Part shown: positions 29,778 to 41,184 of the stretch, piece by piece
Layout: every line of letters begins with the position of its first letter
Numbering within the stretch: position 1 is the first letter of the stretch
NCBI GenBank assembly: GCA_023413015.1
Contig: JAEZQR010000221.1
Span: 1 to 59,911, forward strand
Origin: Pseudomonadota bacterium
GTDB taxonomy: Bacteria > Pseudomonadota > Alphaproteobacteria > Sphingomonadales > Sphingomonadaceae
Direction of reading: 5' to 3'
DNA: 59,911 nt
Made by a program: the position numbers and the translations under genes
The notes under the pieces: model-generated
The model's database searches: none
What the model was told of the DNA's origin: nothing
The model's input: the letters and a program-made list of their open reading frames with translations, nothing else

Positions 29778-29842
29778 CCGCACCCAGGGGCGCGACGATC
29801 CGGAGTTTGCACCAGTCATCGCACCCCGCTACTCCACGCGCG

Positions 29843-30871
29843 ATGCGTCCCCCGCCCCCCCTCCGCCTGACGATCGACCTCGACGCGCTCGCGCATAACT
29901 GGCGCTGGTTCGCGGCCCGCTCGGCGCCCGCGGCCTGCGGCGCGGCGGTGAAGGCGGACGGTTACGGCGTCGGCGCGCGGCAGGTCGTCGAGCGGCTGGC
30001 GCGCGAGGGCTGCCGCGACTTCTTCGTCGCCACCTGGGCCGAGGCCGCCGAACTGCTGCCGCTCCCCGACGGCGTCAGCTTGCGCGTCCTCCACGGCGTG
30101 CTGCCCGATGACCTGCCCTTCGCGCTCAAGGCGCAGGCGGTGCCGGTACTGGTCAGCGCCGAGCAGGTCGCGCGCTGGCGCGCCGCCACCGACCGGCCGG
30201 CCGATGTCATGATCGACACCGGCATGAACCGCCTCGGCCTGCGGGCGGACGAGACCGGCGCGCTCGCCGGCCTCGCGATCGATACGCTGCACAGCCATCT
30301 CGCCTGCGCCGACGAGGCCGACCATCCGATGAACCGGCGCCAGCTCGACGCCTTCCGCGCGCTCGGGATTCCGGCGCGGCGGCGCGCGCTCGCCAACTCG
30401 GCCGGCATCTGCCAGGGCGCCGACTATCATTTCGATCTCACCCGGCCCGGTCTCGGCCTCTACGGCGGGGTGCCGCACCCGGCGGCGGTCGGGCAGCTGC
30501 GCCAGGTCGTGCGCGCCGAGGCGCAGGTCGTCCAGACGCGTATCCTGAAGGCCGGCGACAGCATCGGCTACAACGCCACCTATGTCGCCGATCGCGACAC
30601 GCCGGTCGCCGTCCTTAACCTGGGCTATGCCGACGGGTACCTCCGCGCCTTTTCTGGCGTCGGCCGGGTGATCGTCGGCGGCGAGGCCCGGCCCGTTCTC
30701 GGCCGCGTCTCGATGGACCTCACCGCGATCGACGCGACCGGCACCGCCTTGCGAGAAGGCGACTGGGTCGAGGTCGATCTCGACCTGCCGCGCGCCTCCG
30801 CCGTTTCGGGCCTGTCGCAATATGAGTTGCTGACCTGTCTCGGCGCCCGCTATCACCGCCGCTATCTATGA
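29843..30871 (+). CDS. alr: Alanine racemase
   Basis: AAVKADGYG (PLP lysine), DTGMNRLG, SHLACAD, GYADG, GRVSMD. Confidence 0.94.
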   Translation: MRPPPPLRLTIDLDALAHNWRWFAARSAPAACGAAVKADGYGVGARQVVERLAREGCRDFFVATWAEAAELLPLPDGVSLRVLHGVLPDDLPFALKAQAVPVLVSAEQVARWRAATDRPADVMIDTGMNRLGLRADETGALAGLAIDTLHSHLACADEADHPMNRRQLDAFRALGIPARRRALANSAGICQGADYHFDLTRPGLGLYGGVPHPAAVGQLRQVVRAEAQVVQTRILKAGDSIGYNATYVADRDTPVAVLNLGYADGYLRAFSGVGRVIVGGEARPVLGRVSMDLTAIDATGTALREGDWVEVDLDLPRASAVSGLSQYELLTCLGARYHRRYL

Positions 30872-31668
30872 TTCAGGTCCTATCCGAAAATCTGTTCATG
30901 CTGCTGGTGCGCATCGGCGCGTTCGTGGTGGGCAGCCTCGGCTCGATCGGGCGGCTGGCACGCTTCACCGCGCGGGCGCTGGGCCGCGCCTTCCTGCCGC
31001 CCTATTACCCGTCGCGCCTGGTCGAGCAGATGCTGACCATCGGCTATTTCTCGCTGCCGGTCGTCGGCCTGACCGCGCTGTTCACGGGTGCGGCGCTCGC
31101 GCAGCAGATCTTCGTCGGCGGCAGCCGCTTCAACGCCGAAAGCACCGTGCCCGCCGTCACCGTGATCGCGATCGTGCGTGAGCTCGGCCCCGTGCTCGGC
31201 GGCTTGATGGTCGCCGGCCGCGTCTCCTCGGCGATGGCGGCCGAGCTCGGCACGATGCGCGTCACCGAGCAGATCGACGCGCTGGTGACGCTGCGCACCG
31301 ATCCGTTCCAGTATCTCATCGCGCCGCGCCTCGTCGCAGCGGTGATCGTGCTGCCGATCCTCGTGCTCGTCGCCAACATCATCGGCGTGATGGGCGGCTA
31401 TCTCCTCGCCACCGAGCGGCTGGGCTTCAACAGCGCCAACTATCTGTCGATCACCAGCCGCTACCTCGAGTCGGACGACGTCATGTCCTCGCTCGTGAAG
31501 GCGGCGGTATTCGGCTTCATCATCGCGCTCATGGGCTGCTACCACGGCTTCCATTCGAACGGCGGTGCCGCCGGCGTCGGACGCGCGACGACGAACGCGG
31601 TCGTGTCGGCGTTCATCCTGATCCTGCTCGCCAACCTCATCATCACCGTGCTGGTGTTCGGCTCATGA
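30868..31668 (+). CDS. mlaE: MlaE family ABC permease
   Basis: RELGPVL, AELGTMRVTEQIDAL, GVGRATTNAVV. Confidence 0.92.
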   Translation: MIQVLSENLFMLLVRIGAFVVGSLGSIGRLARFTARALGRAFLPPYYPSRLVEQMLTIGYFSLPVVGLTALFTGAALAQQIFVGGSRFNAESTVPAVTVIAIVRELGPVLGGLMVAGRVSSAMAAELGTMRVTEQIDALVTLRTDPFQYLIAPRLVAAVIVLPILVLVANIIGVMGGYLLATERLGFNSANYLSITSRYLESDDVMSSLVKAAVFGFIIALMGCYHGFHSNGGAAGVGRATTNAVVSAFILILLANLIITVLVFGS

Positions 31669-32429
31669 CGCCCAAGATCGAGCTGCGCGGCGTTACCAAG
31701 CGCTTCGGCCGCAAGGTCGTGCTGGACGGGGTGAACCTGTCGGTCGCGCCTGGCGAGTCGCTCGTGATCATCGGCGGCTCGGGCACCGGCAAGTCGGTGA
31801 CGCTCAAATGCATCCTCGGCCTGCTCGAACCGGATGGAGGACAGATCCTCGTCGACGGGCAGGACGTCACCCACCTGCGCGGCCGCGCGCGCGCCGCGCA
31901 CCAGGCGCGCTTCGGCATGCTGTTCCAGGGCGGCGCGCTGTTCGACTCGCTGCCCGTGTGGCGCAACGTCGTGTTCGGCCTCACCAACGGACGCGCCAAC
32001 CGCAAGCTCAAGGGTCTCGCGGTCGAGACGCTGGCGCGCGTCGGGCTTGGCGCCGACGTCGCCGACCTGCGCCCCGCCGAACTGTCGGGCGGCATGCAGA
32101 AGCGCGTCGCGCTCGCCCGTGCGATCGCCGCCAAGCCGGAGATCATCTTCTTCGACGAGCCGACCACTGGCCTCGATCCGATCCGCGCCGACGTGATCAA
32201 TGACCTGATCGCCAGCCAGGTGCACGACCTTGGCGCGACCGCGCTCACCATCACGCACGACATGGCCTCGGCCCGCAAGATCGCGCACCGCATTGCCATG
32301 CTCCACGAGGGCCGGATCATCTGGGAAGGCCCGCGCGACCAGATCGACGCGAGCGGCAATCCTTACGTCGACCAGTTCGTCCACGGCCGCGCCGAAGGAC
32401 CGATCACGACCGGGGTGTTGAATCGCTGA
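31665..32429 (+). CDS. mlaF: MlaF family ABC ATPase
   Basis: GGSGTGKS, FQGGALFDS, LSGGMQKRVALAR, DEPTTGLDP. Confidence 0.9.
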   Translation: MTPKIELRGVTKRFGRKVVLDGVNLSVAPGESLVIIGGSGTGKSVTLKCILGLLEPDGGQILVDGQDVTHLRGRARAAHQARFGMLFQGGALFDSLPVWRNVVFGLTNGRANRKLKGLAVETLARVGLGADVADLRPAELSGGMQKRVALARAIAAKPEIIFFDEPTTGLDPIRADVINDLIASQVHDLGATALTITHDMASARKIAHRIAMLHEGRIIWEGPRDQIDASGNPYVDQFVHGRAEGPITTGVLNR

Positions 32430-32470
32430 CGAGCCGCCGACCGGCCAAGAAACATGGGGGAGGTTTCATC

Positions 32471-34252
32471 ATGAGAATATCGGCTTTGATCTGTTCGGCG
32501 GCGACCCTCGCGCTGGCTATGCCGACCGCGCCTGCCTTGGCGCAGGCGCAGACGGAAACACGGGCGACCTCGGCGGACGCCCGGCTCCGCGCGCTCTACG
32601 AGGCCGACTGGGCCTGGAACATGCGCGAGGAAGCCTCGATCGACGACGGCGAAGGCGGCATCACCCGGGACGATCATCTCCCCCGCGTCGATGCCGCGAC
32701 GCAGATGCGCCGCGTGGCGCACTGGCGCGAGATGCTCGGGGCTCTCGACAAGATCCCGCTCGACCAGCTGTCGGACGACGAGCGCGTCAACGCCGCCGTG
32801 TTCCGCACGAACCTCGAGATCGCGCTGGCGGACGCCAAGTTCCGCGAATGGGAGATGCCGTTCAACAGCGACTCCTCCTTCTGGACCTATCTCGACACCA
32901 GCCGCGGCCTGAAGAACGCGGACGACTACCGCCGCTACATCGGCCGCATGCGCGACATCCCGCGCTACTTCGGCGAGCATGTCGAGAACATGCGCGCCGG
33001 GCTGAAGCGCGGCTTCACCGTGCCGCGCGCAACGCTCGACGGGCGCGATTCGTCGATCGCCACCTATGCGGTGACGGACATCGAGAAGAACCCCTTCTAC
33101 GCCGCCTTCAAGACGATGCCGGGCACGATCCCGGCGGCCGAGCAGGCGGCGCTGCGCGAGGAAGCCCGCGCCGCGATCCGCGACGCGGTCGTCCCGGCCT
33201 ATGGCAAGCTGCTCGATTTCTTCCGTACCGAATATCTGCCGAAGGCACGCAAGACGCTCGCGGCGACCGTCCTGCCCGACGGCAAGGCCTTCTATGCGGC
33301 GCAGATCAAGGAATATACGACGCTCGACCTGACCGCCGAGCAGATCCACGAGATCGGGCTGAAGGAGGTCGCGCGGATTGAAGCCGAGATGCGGCAGACC
33401 ATGGTCGACAGCGGCTTCAAGGGCAGCTTCGAGGAATTCCTGAAGTTCCTGCGCACCGACCCGCAGTTCTATGCCAAGACGCCGGACGAGTTGATGGGCG
33501 TGTCCGCCTATGTCGCCAAGCGCGTTGACGGCAAGATCGCCGACACCATCGGTACGCTGCCGCGCAAGCCGTTCACGATCATCCCGGTGCCGGAAGCGCT
33601 CGCCCCCTTCTACACGGCGGGGCGCGGCGGCCTCGGCAGCTGCCAGATGAACACCTACAATCTGCCCAGCCGGCCGCTCTATCAAATCCCGGCGCTGACG
33701 CTGCACGAGTGCGCGCCCGGCCACAGCTTCCAGGCCGCGCTCGCCAAGGAGCGCCAGCAGGGCCCGGCATTCCGCCGCCACACCTATTTCTCCGGCTACG
33801 GTGAAGGCTGGGGCCTCTATACCGAATGGCTCGGCATCGGCATGGGCATCTACCGCACGCCCTACGAGCATTTCGGCCGCCTGTCCTACGAGATGTGGCG
33901 CGCCGTCCGCCTCGTGGTCGACACCGGCGTCCATTCGAAAGGCTGGTCGCGCCAACAGGCGATCGACTATCTCGCCGGCCACACGGCGCTGTCGCAGCAC
34001 GAGGTCGAGACCGAGGTCGACCGCTACATCAGCTGGCCGGGCCAGGCGCTCGCCTACAAGCTCGGCGAGATGACGATCCGGCGGCTGCGTGGCGAGGCCG
34101 AACAGAAGCTCGGGCCGAAGTTCGACCAGCGCCGGTTCCACGACGCGATCCTCGCGCTCGGCTCGGTCCCGCTCCCGGTACTCGAACGGCGGATCGCCCG
34201 CTTCATCGAGGACGAGGGCAAGGCGCCAGCCCCGGCCGTCAGCGCAAACTAA
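32471..34252 (+). CDS. DUF885 family secreted protein (putative metallopeptidase fold)
   Basis: Signal peptide; HECAPGH, EGWGLY, RLVVDTGVH, WPGQALAYKLG. Confidence 0.9.
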   Translation: MRISALICSAATLALAMPTAPALAQAQTETRATSADARLRALYEADWAWNMREEASIDDGEGGITRDDHLPRVDAATQMRRVAHWREMLGALDKIPLDQLSDDERVNAAVFRTNLEIALADAKFREWEMPFNSDSSFWTYLDTSRGLKNADDYRRYIGRMRDIPRYFGEHVENMRAGLKRGFTVPRATLDGRDSSIATYAVTDIEKNPFYAAFKTMPGTIPAAEQAALREEARAAIRDAVVPAYGKLLDFFRTEYLPKARKTLAATVLPDGKAFYAAQIKEYTTLDLTAEQIHEIGLKEVARIEAEMRQTMVDSGFKGSFEEFLKFLRTDPQFYAKTPDELMGVSAYVAKRVDGKIADTIGTLPRKPFTIIPVPEALAPFYTAGRGGLGSCQMNTYNLPSRPLYQIPALTLHECAPGHSFQAALAKERQQGPAFRRHTYFSGYGEGWGLYTEWLGIGMGIYRTPYEHFGRLSYEMWRAVRLVVDTGVHSKGWSRQQAIDYLAGHTALSQHEVETEVDRYISWPGQALAYKLGEMTIRRLRGEAEQKLGPKFDQRRFHDAILALGSVPLPVLERRIARFIEDEGKAPAPAVSAN

Positions 34253-34264
34253 AGGAAACGCCGT

Positions 34265-34292
34265 CCGGATGCCGCCTGAGAGCGGCATCCGG
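34265..34292. terminator. Hairpin between convergent genes
   Basis: CCGGATGCCGC-CTGAGA-GCGGCATCCGG perfect 11-bp stem. Confidence 0.6.
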
Positions 34293-34324
34293 CAGTCGCG
34301 GGAAACCCGTAATGGGAGATACCG

Positions 34325-34615
34325 CTAGCGCTCGAATGCGAGCCCGGCGTGCCCTTGTCTCGCCCACCGGACGACGACCGGCACCGCTCCCCAGCCCTCG
34401 ACGGTGAGGAGGAAGCGCTCATTCACCACGAGCGGAAGCGTGGTGGCGATCATGGCGCCGCCATCGGAGAGGTTCACCACCGATACCTCGTCGGCGCAGC
34501 CGTGGCCGGACAGCACGCCCGGCAGTGCCACGGTGACCCGGCGACCGGCACGCCGGTCGGCCGCCTGCGAAGACTTGCCTCCGGCAAGGCCGAAGAATCG
34601 CTGCAACATACCCAT
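34325..34615 (-). CDS. Single-domain PilZ protein
   Basis: RRAGRR (RxxxR) and NLSDGG (D/NxSxxG) motifs; GGGAGG RBS before ATG 34615. Confidence 0.8.
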   Translation of the reverse strand: MGMLQRFFGLAGGKSSQAADRRAGRRVTVALPGVLSGHGCADEVSVVNLSDGGAMIATTLPLVVNERFLLTVEGWGAVPVVVRWARQGHAGLAFER

Positions 34616-34749
34616 GACGCCTCCCTGCACGAGGAGGTGTTGGGCAAGGATTAAGCAAAAGGGTGAAGTTACCTGCAACCATCCCGATTTGACGTGGAGC
34701 GGGGGCGGGCGCCCGAAGCTCGAATGCGCTTCAGGCGCAGGAAGGCATT

Positions 34750-35421
34750 TCAGAAGCGGTAGCCGAGCGACAACTGCACCACCGGATGGAAGCGATAGTC
34801 GTCGATGTCGTTCTCGATCGTCATCCGCTCCGCCTCTAAGTCGGCCGCGAACGCCGGATCATCCGACAGCGTGCCGCCGATCGAGCGCAGGCGGCGGATC
34901 TTCGGCGCGCCCTGGAATATCGCGCCCGCCTCGAAGCCCAGCGCCAGCTGCGGCGCGAGGTCGGTGACGTAGCCGACCATCACCGCCGGCGCCCAGTCGC
35001 GGACGCGGTAGCGCGCGCGCAGCTTGCCGACCTGCGCCGGCGTCACGGTGCGCAAGCCGATGGTGACGTCGCTCGTCGGCGTCGCCTCCAGCCACGCCCG
35101 CTCGCCCGTGACCCGGATGCCGACCGACAGTCGGAAGCCGTTGCCGGTCGGATAATAGTCCAGCATCGCGCCGCCCGAGTGCCGCCGCTTCACGCTGGTG
35201 TCGAAGTCGATGTCGTCGCTCTTCGCGTCAACCTCGAAGAGGTGGGTGTCGATCAGTGTCGCGTTGGCACGGAGCACCAGTTTGTCGTCGAAGCGGTAAC
35301 TGATCTCTGGCCCCACCCCCAGCGTGCCGGCGGTCAGCCCGATGCCGAATGGCTGCTCCTGAGCCACGCTGGGCCCGGCGGCCAGCACCAAGACTGCCAC
35401 CAGAAACATTCCACGCAACAT
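34750..35421 (-). CDS. Hypothetical outer-membrane beta-barrel protein
   Basis: Signal peptide; AGTLGVG, DYYP..NGFRLSVG; C-terminal LGYRF. Start could be 35427, 35421 or 35409. Confidence 0.7.
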   Translation of the reverse strand: MLRGMFLVAVLVLAAGPSVAQEQPFGIGLTAGTLGVGPEISYRFDDKLVLRANATLIDTHLFEVDAKSDDIDFDTSVKRRHSGGAMLDYYPTGNGFRLSVGIRVTGERAWLEATPTSDVTIGLRTVTPAQVGKLRARYRVRDWAPAVMVGYVTDLAPQLALGFEAGAIFQGAPKIRRLRSIGGTLSDDPAFAADLEAERMTIENDIDDYRFHPVVQLSLGYRF

Positions 35422-35555
35422 CCGCAACCCTGTTTTGTACGCAACGAACTGCTCCGCTCAACCCGAAGGCGCGCGCTTCGTTCCCGAAACGGCCGCAGCA
35501 CGAGCCCGCGTCAAACGGGCCGAATGACGTTGCGAAACACCAGCCAAAACCCTAT

Positions 35556-35581
35556 GTTCCCTGTCTGTTCAGGCGGGGTTC
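35556..35581 (+). promoter_or_regulatory. Alphaproteobacterial LexA (SOS) box, triple half-site
   Basis: GTTC-CCTGTCT-GTTC-AGGCGGG-GTTC ending 11 nt before the radA ATG. Confidence 0.75.
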
Positions 35582-35592
35582 GAAAGACGGAA

Positions 35593-36966
<1,374 letters not shown>

Positions 36967-36969
36967 GCC

Positions 36970-37575
36970 GTGACCGCAATGACCGCTCTCGACATCATCG
37001 TCCTGCTGATGATCGGCCTTGCTGCGCTGTTCGGCGTGATGCGCGGCTTCGTCACCGAAATCCTGTCGCTGATCGCCTGGGTGGCCGGCGTCGCCGCGCT
37101 TCGCCTGTTCTACGAGCCCGGCGCCGAGATCGCGGCCGGCTGGACCGGCACCGAGACCGGCGGCGCGATCCTCGCCTTCGTGCTGATCTTCCTCGTCACC
37201 TTCATCGGCTTCCGCTTCGTCGCCCGGAGCTTGGGCGAACGCACCAAGAAGTCGGTGGTCGGCCCGATCGACCGCGTGCTGGGGCTGGGCTTCGGCGCGA
37301 TCAAGGGCCTGATCGGCGCCTCGCTTCTCTTCCTGCTGGTCAACCTCTTCTTCGACGTCACCTGGGGCGCCGACGAGCCCAAGCCCGAATGGCTGCGCTC
37401 GTCGAAGACCTACCCCCTCCTCAAGCTATCGAGCCAGGCGGTCGTCGACTGGGTCGAGGAACGCCGCGCCGACACCGGCCCGGCCGCCCCTGTGGGCACC
37501 AGCGGCACCGGCTACGACGCCGACCAGCGCGGCGGGCTGGAGGAACTGCTGAAGGACACCGCCGGCAAGCGCTGA
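36970..37575 (+). CDS. cvpA: CvpA family (colicin V production) membrane protein
   Basis: RGFVTEILSL, DRVLGLGFGAIKG; follows radA; alternative start 36979. Confidence 0.88.
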   Translation: MTAMTALDIIVLLMIGLAALFGVMRGFVTEILSLIAWVAGVAALRLFYEPGAEIAAGWTGTETGGAILAFVLIFLVTFIGFRFVARSLGERTKKSVVGPIDRVLGLGFGAIKGLIGASLLFLLVNLFFDVTWGADEPKPEWLRSSKTYPLLKLSSQAVVDWVEERRADTGPAAPVGTSGTGYDADQRGGLEELLKDTAGKR

Positions 37576-37641
37576 GGTCCGGCGGCCGATTTCTGTACGC
37601 GCCGGATTAAGAAGGCACGCCGGCACCCGTTCTACCCTTCT

Positions 37642-38838
37642 ATGCGAGTCCTATTCTATCTGCCGGTCGTAACGCCCTGGTGGTTCGAAAACATCGTCGC
37701 ACCTCTCATCCGAGTCACGGCGTCGGAGGCCGAGGTACATGTGCTTGTGCCCACCTTCTGGAACAGCATCGGCATCGGCCCCACCCAACTGGCGCCCTAC
37801 ACGGACCTACCCCATGTGCATTGGCACCTGATGCCCGGAGAGGAGAATGCCGCCCTCCGCGTATCGGCAGCCGACTGCCCCGAGTTGCTCGACTTCGTGC
37901 ATCAAATCCGTGCGGACTACACCATCTGCCGCAGCGCCGACTTCGAAACGCCAGCCAAGTTCCCCGGCAAGGTGCGCTATCTCATGGAAGGAGGAGTGCC
38001 GCCATTTCCGACCGAGAACCACTGGGCGGTGCTGACATCGCAGCCATTCGACAACGGTTGCCTGCCGGCTCTGCCAGCCGCGGACCGCGAGCGACTGGCT
38101 ACCGCCATCGCTCCGGCTTGGAAGCATATGCACGAGCGCTTCGCGGCAGAAGATCCTTCGCGTGAAGCCGGCCTCGCGGCGCTTGGCCTGCCCACCGACA
38201 AGCGCATCATCGCGCTCCCGCTCGAATATGAGCACCACGAAAATCTGTTCGGAGTGCATCGCTCGTACCAGTCGAATAGAGACGTCGTGCTCGGCATTGC
38301 CGCCCACCTCGGACCCGACGAACTCCTTGCGGTTACTGACCATCCGCTGAATCAACTGCATGTCGACACGACCGAGATGCGTCGCGCTGTCGCTTCGCTT
38401 GGCGATCGTGCCGTGCTCATGCCGAACGTCAGCAAGGATAGCGACGATATTGTCGCGCAGCGCATCAATACAACCGCACGGCTCATTGGCTGCTGCGATG
38501 GCGTTTTCGTCGAGCTTTCGAAGTCATTTTCCGTTGCCGGTTTCTTCGGCACGCCGATGATGCGCAACACACCCTTCCGCACCGGCGGCTGGCTCCGCAG
38601 CTTCAGTAACTTCGATGACTTCCTGAAATCGCTGCGCGCGGGCAAGCGACGGGAGCCAGCCCCTGATGATGCGCGCGTTTGGTTCGGCTTCCACCTGCTG
38701 AACGATGTCATCGACACCCAGCACCTCGACCTTGGGGCGGCGGATATTATCGGACATTTTGAACAGCCGGTGGATCCCCGCCGCTGGGATGCCGCTCTGG
38801 AGCGCTACTGTGAATATGTGCCGGAGCTCTTCGCTTGA
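37642..38838 (+). CDS. Putative KpsS/KpsC-like (capsule synthesis, GT107-like) glycosyltransferase, divergent
   Basis: LMEGG, IALPLEYEHHEN, AVTDHP and CDGVFVELSKS..AGFFGTP occur in the same order as the KpsS-family E.G, PLQ...D, K.HP and S..G.EA...GKP motifs; first gene of a Kdo operon. Confidence 0.5.
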   Translation: MRVLFYLPVVTPWWFENIVAPLIRVTASEAEVHVLVPTFWNSIGIGPTQLAPYTDLPHVHWHLMPGEENAALRVSAADCPELLDFVHQIRADYTICRSADFETPAKFPGKVRYLMEGGVPPFPTENHWAVLTSQPFDNGCLPALPAADRERLATAIAPAWKHMHERFAAEDPSREAGLAALGLPTDKRIIALPLEYEHHENLFGVHRSYQSNRDVVLGIAAHLGPDELLAVTDHPLNQLHVDTTEMRRAVASLGDRAVLMPNVSKDSDDIVAQRINTTARLIGCCDGVFVELSKSFSVAGFFGTPMMRNTPFRTGGWLRSFSNFDDFLKSLRAGKRREPAPDDARVWFGFHLLNDVIDTQHLDLGAADIIGHFEQPVDPRRWDAALERYCEYVPELFA

Positions 38839-39851
38839 GCGCCGCGGCCGCCCTGAAGCGCACCCCGGCACGACCGGTCAAACCTGCCGACGAGACCAAT
38901 GGCTGGTTTCTCGACGTAGTACGGGCGGAACGCGACGCACTGGATGCCTTCATCGCGTCGGTCCCAGCCGGCATTGACGCCATCGTACGACTGATCGCCA
39001 GCCAGATGCGCCCCATCGTCTGCCTCGGCATGGGCAAGTCCGGGTTGGTCGCCGCCAAGCTTGCTGCCACCTTCTCCAGCCTCGGCACGCCCGCTTTCTT
39101 TCTGAACGCCGCCGAGGCCGCGCACGGCGATCTTGGGGCCATACAGACCGGCAACCTCGTCATCCTGTTCTCGAACAGCGGCACGACCGACGAAATCCTG
39201 CGCATCCTGCCGCTGCTGAAGGCGCGCGACTGCACGCTCGTCGGCGTTGTCGGCCGTTCCCCATCACCGCTCGCAGGGGCCGTGGATCATCTGATACTGG
39301 CAAATGTCACGGCCGAGGCCGACCACATCGGCATGGCCCCGACCGCCAGCACGACGCTGCAGATGGCGATCGGCGATGCGCTCGCAGTGGCCGCGAGCCG
39401 GGCGCGCAACTTCACCCGCGCGGATTTCCTGCGCCACCATCCGGCTGGACTACTCGGGCGCCAGTCGATCCCGATCCGCCACCTGATGCGCACTGGCGAT
39501 GATCTGCCCGTTGTATACCCTCACACATCGGCGGCCGAACTGCTCGCTGTCGTATCGGCCAAACGATTAGGGGCTGCCTGCGTCATCGATTGGGAGAATC
39601 GGCTTCTCGGCCTCATCGTTGATGGTGACATCCGCCGCTTGGTCCAGGCGCGGCAGGATCTCTACGCCGCCACGGCCCGCGATCTCATGCAGCCCCACCC
39701 CACCGTCATTGTCGATACCGCCACCGTCGGCGACGTACTGGTGCTGCTCGAAGCCCAAGGCGGCCCCCTGGCCGTGCTCCCGGTCGTCGACACCAACGGC
39801 AGTCTTCAGGGCATGCTCCACACGTACGACGTCGCTCAGGCCAAGGGATAA
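38835..39851 (+). CDS. kdsD: Arabinose-5-phosphate isomerase, KpsF/GutQ family (SIS + 2 CBS)
   Basis: GMGKSG, EAAHGDLG, SNSG, APTAST, HHPAG; TTG start overlapping the upstream stop (TTGA). Confidence 0.9.
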   Translation: MSAAAALKRTPARPVKPADETNGWFLDVVRAERDALDAFIASVPAGIDAIVRLIASQMRPIVCLGMGKSGLVAAKLAATFSSLGTPAFFLNAAEAAHGDLGAIQTGNLVILFSNSGTTDEILRILPLLKARDCTLVGVVGRSPSPLAGAVDHLILANVTAEADHIGMAPTASTTLQMAIGDALAVAASRARNFTRADFLRHHPAGLLGRQSIPIRHLMRTGDDLPVVYPHTSAAELLAVVSAKRLGAACVIDWENRLLGLIVDGDIRRLVQARQDLYAATARDLMQPHPTVIVDTATVGDVLVLLEAQGGPLAVLPVVDTNGSLQGMLHTYDVAQAKG

Positions 39852-39859
39852 TTGTCGTC

Positions 39860-41170
39860 ATGAAGATCGTGGCCTTCGTGCCAGCCAAGGGTACAAGCGA
39901 GCGCATCGCCAACAAGAACCTGCAACTTCTCGACGGCGAGCATCTGTTCAAGCGCAAGCTGCGCCAACTACTCGACTGCGAGCTCATCGACGAAATCTAT
40001 CTCGATACTGAGACGGATGATCTGGCCGCTTACGCCGACGACCTGCCGATCAAGCGCCTGCGCCGCCCCACGAGCCTCGCGACCAATGCGACCGACGGGC
40101 ACGAGATGTTCGCCTATGAGTGCGGCGAGGTTCCCGACGCCGACATCTATGTCCAGTGCCTGTGCACTGCTCCCTTCGTCACTGCCGACACCGTAACTCG
40201 CGCCCTGCGGCGCCTGCTCGACGACCCGGACGCGGACAGCTTGGTCGGTGTGCACCGCGCCAAACATTATCAGTGGGATAACGGGACGCCTCTCTATGGC
40301 ACCGGCCGCATCCCGAACAGCGTCGACCTGCCGGCCTCGATCATTGAGGCGATGAGCCTCTATATCGTCCGCCGCGCCGGTGACGCTCCGCCGACCCGGC
40401 GCTTCGGCGCCCGCCCGATCCTGTTCGACCTCGACCCGCTCGAACAGATCGACGTCAACACACCGGCCGACCTGCAGCTCGCCGAAACCGTCTGCGCCGG
40501 TCAACGCGCTGCCGCGAACGATCGGATGCGCGCGATGCGGGCGCACCTCTCCTCCTCGATGTTGGCCGATATCTGTAAGGATATGGGGCTGAATGCGGTG
40601 CTGCCATCGCGCCTGCGCCCGACCAGCCCCGGCAAAATCTTCGGTCGCGCCAAGACGCTCGCGCTCGCTGCGCTCGACAACGAGGCGCGCCGCACCGATG
40701 CCTGGAAAGGCATCTACGGCGCGCTCGAGTCCTACCGCTTCGTCCGTCCCGGCGATGTTATCATGGTATCGACCGAGGCACCCGAGCGTGCCTACTTCGG
40801 CGACCTGAACGCCAACCTCGCGATCCGGTCGGGGGCGGTCGGCGCCGTGATCGACGGCTTCACCCGCGACACGGCCGACGTGCGTGCGCTCGGCCTGCCG
40901 GTCTATGCGCATGGCGCGCGCTGCGACGACATCAAGTACGAAGGCACGCTCGCCGACATGAACCGTCCGATCGAGATCGGCGGCGTGGCGATTCGCAATG
41001 ACGACTATGTCTTCGCCGACGAGGATGGTGTCATCGTCGTGCCGCGCGAACGGTGGCCTGCAGTCGAGGCCGAAGCGTGGAAGGTCATGGCGAACGAGGC
41101 GCGCATCCGCCTCTATGCAGCGCAAGGCCGGGACGTCGGTGAAATTCTCGCCGAATGTGGTGCATTTTGA
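39860..41170 (+). CDS. Fusion of an acylneuraminate-type cytidylyltransferase and an RraA/HMG-aldolase domain
   Basis: N-terminal [34 protein letters not shown]-terminal GRAKT, PGDVIMV, FGDL.A..A...[24 protein letters not shown]. Confidence 0.85.
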   Translation: MKIVAFVPAKGTSERIANKNLQLLDGEHLFKRKLRQLLDCELIDEIYLDTETDDLAAYADDLPIKRLRRPTSLATNATDGHEMFAYECGEVPDADIYVQCLCTAPFVTADTVTRALRRLLDDPDADSLVGVHRAKHYQWDNGTPLYGTGRIPNSVDLPASIIEAMSLYIVRRAGDAPPTRRFGARPILFDLDPLEQIDVNTPADLQLAETVCAGQRAAANDRMRAMRAHLSSSMLADICKDMGLNAVLPSRLRPTSPGKIFGRAKTLALAALDNEARRTDAWKGIYGALESYRFVRPGDVIMVSTEAPERAYFGDLNANLAIRSGAVGAVIDGFTRDTADVRALGLPVYAHGARCDDIKYEGTLADMNRPIEIGGVAIRNDDYVFADEDGVIVVPRERWPAVEAEAWKVMANEARIRLYAAQGRDVGEILAECGAF

Positions 41171-41184
41171 TGGAGGCAACGGCC

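Noticed and set aside
27891..29819. Long antisense or alternate-frame ORFs (also 3827..5857, 10887..12008, 32363..34288, 46816..48786, 49013..50572, 58069..59820)
   Set aside because: Shadow frames of well-supported genes; stop codons are scarce in GC-rich DNA, and the translations are low-complexity with no motifs.
34651..34667. CtrA box upstream of the PilZ gene
   Set aside because: TTAA and TGAA are 9 nt apart, not the required 7.
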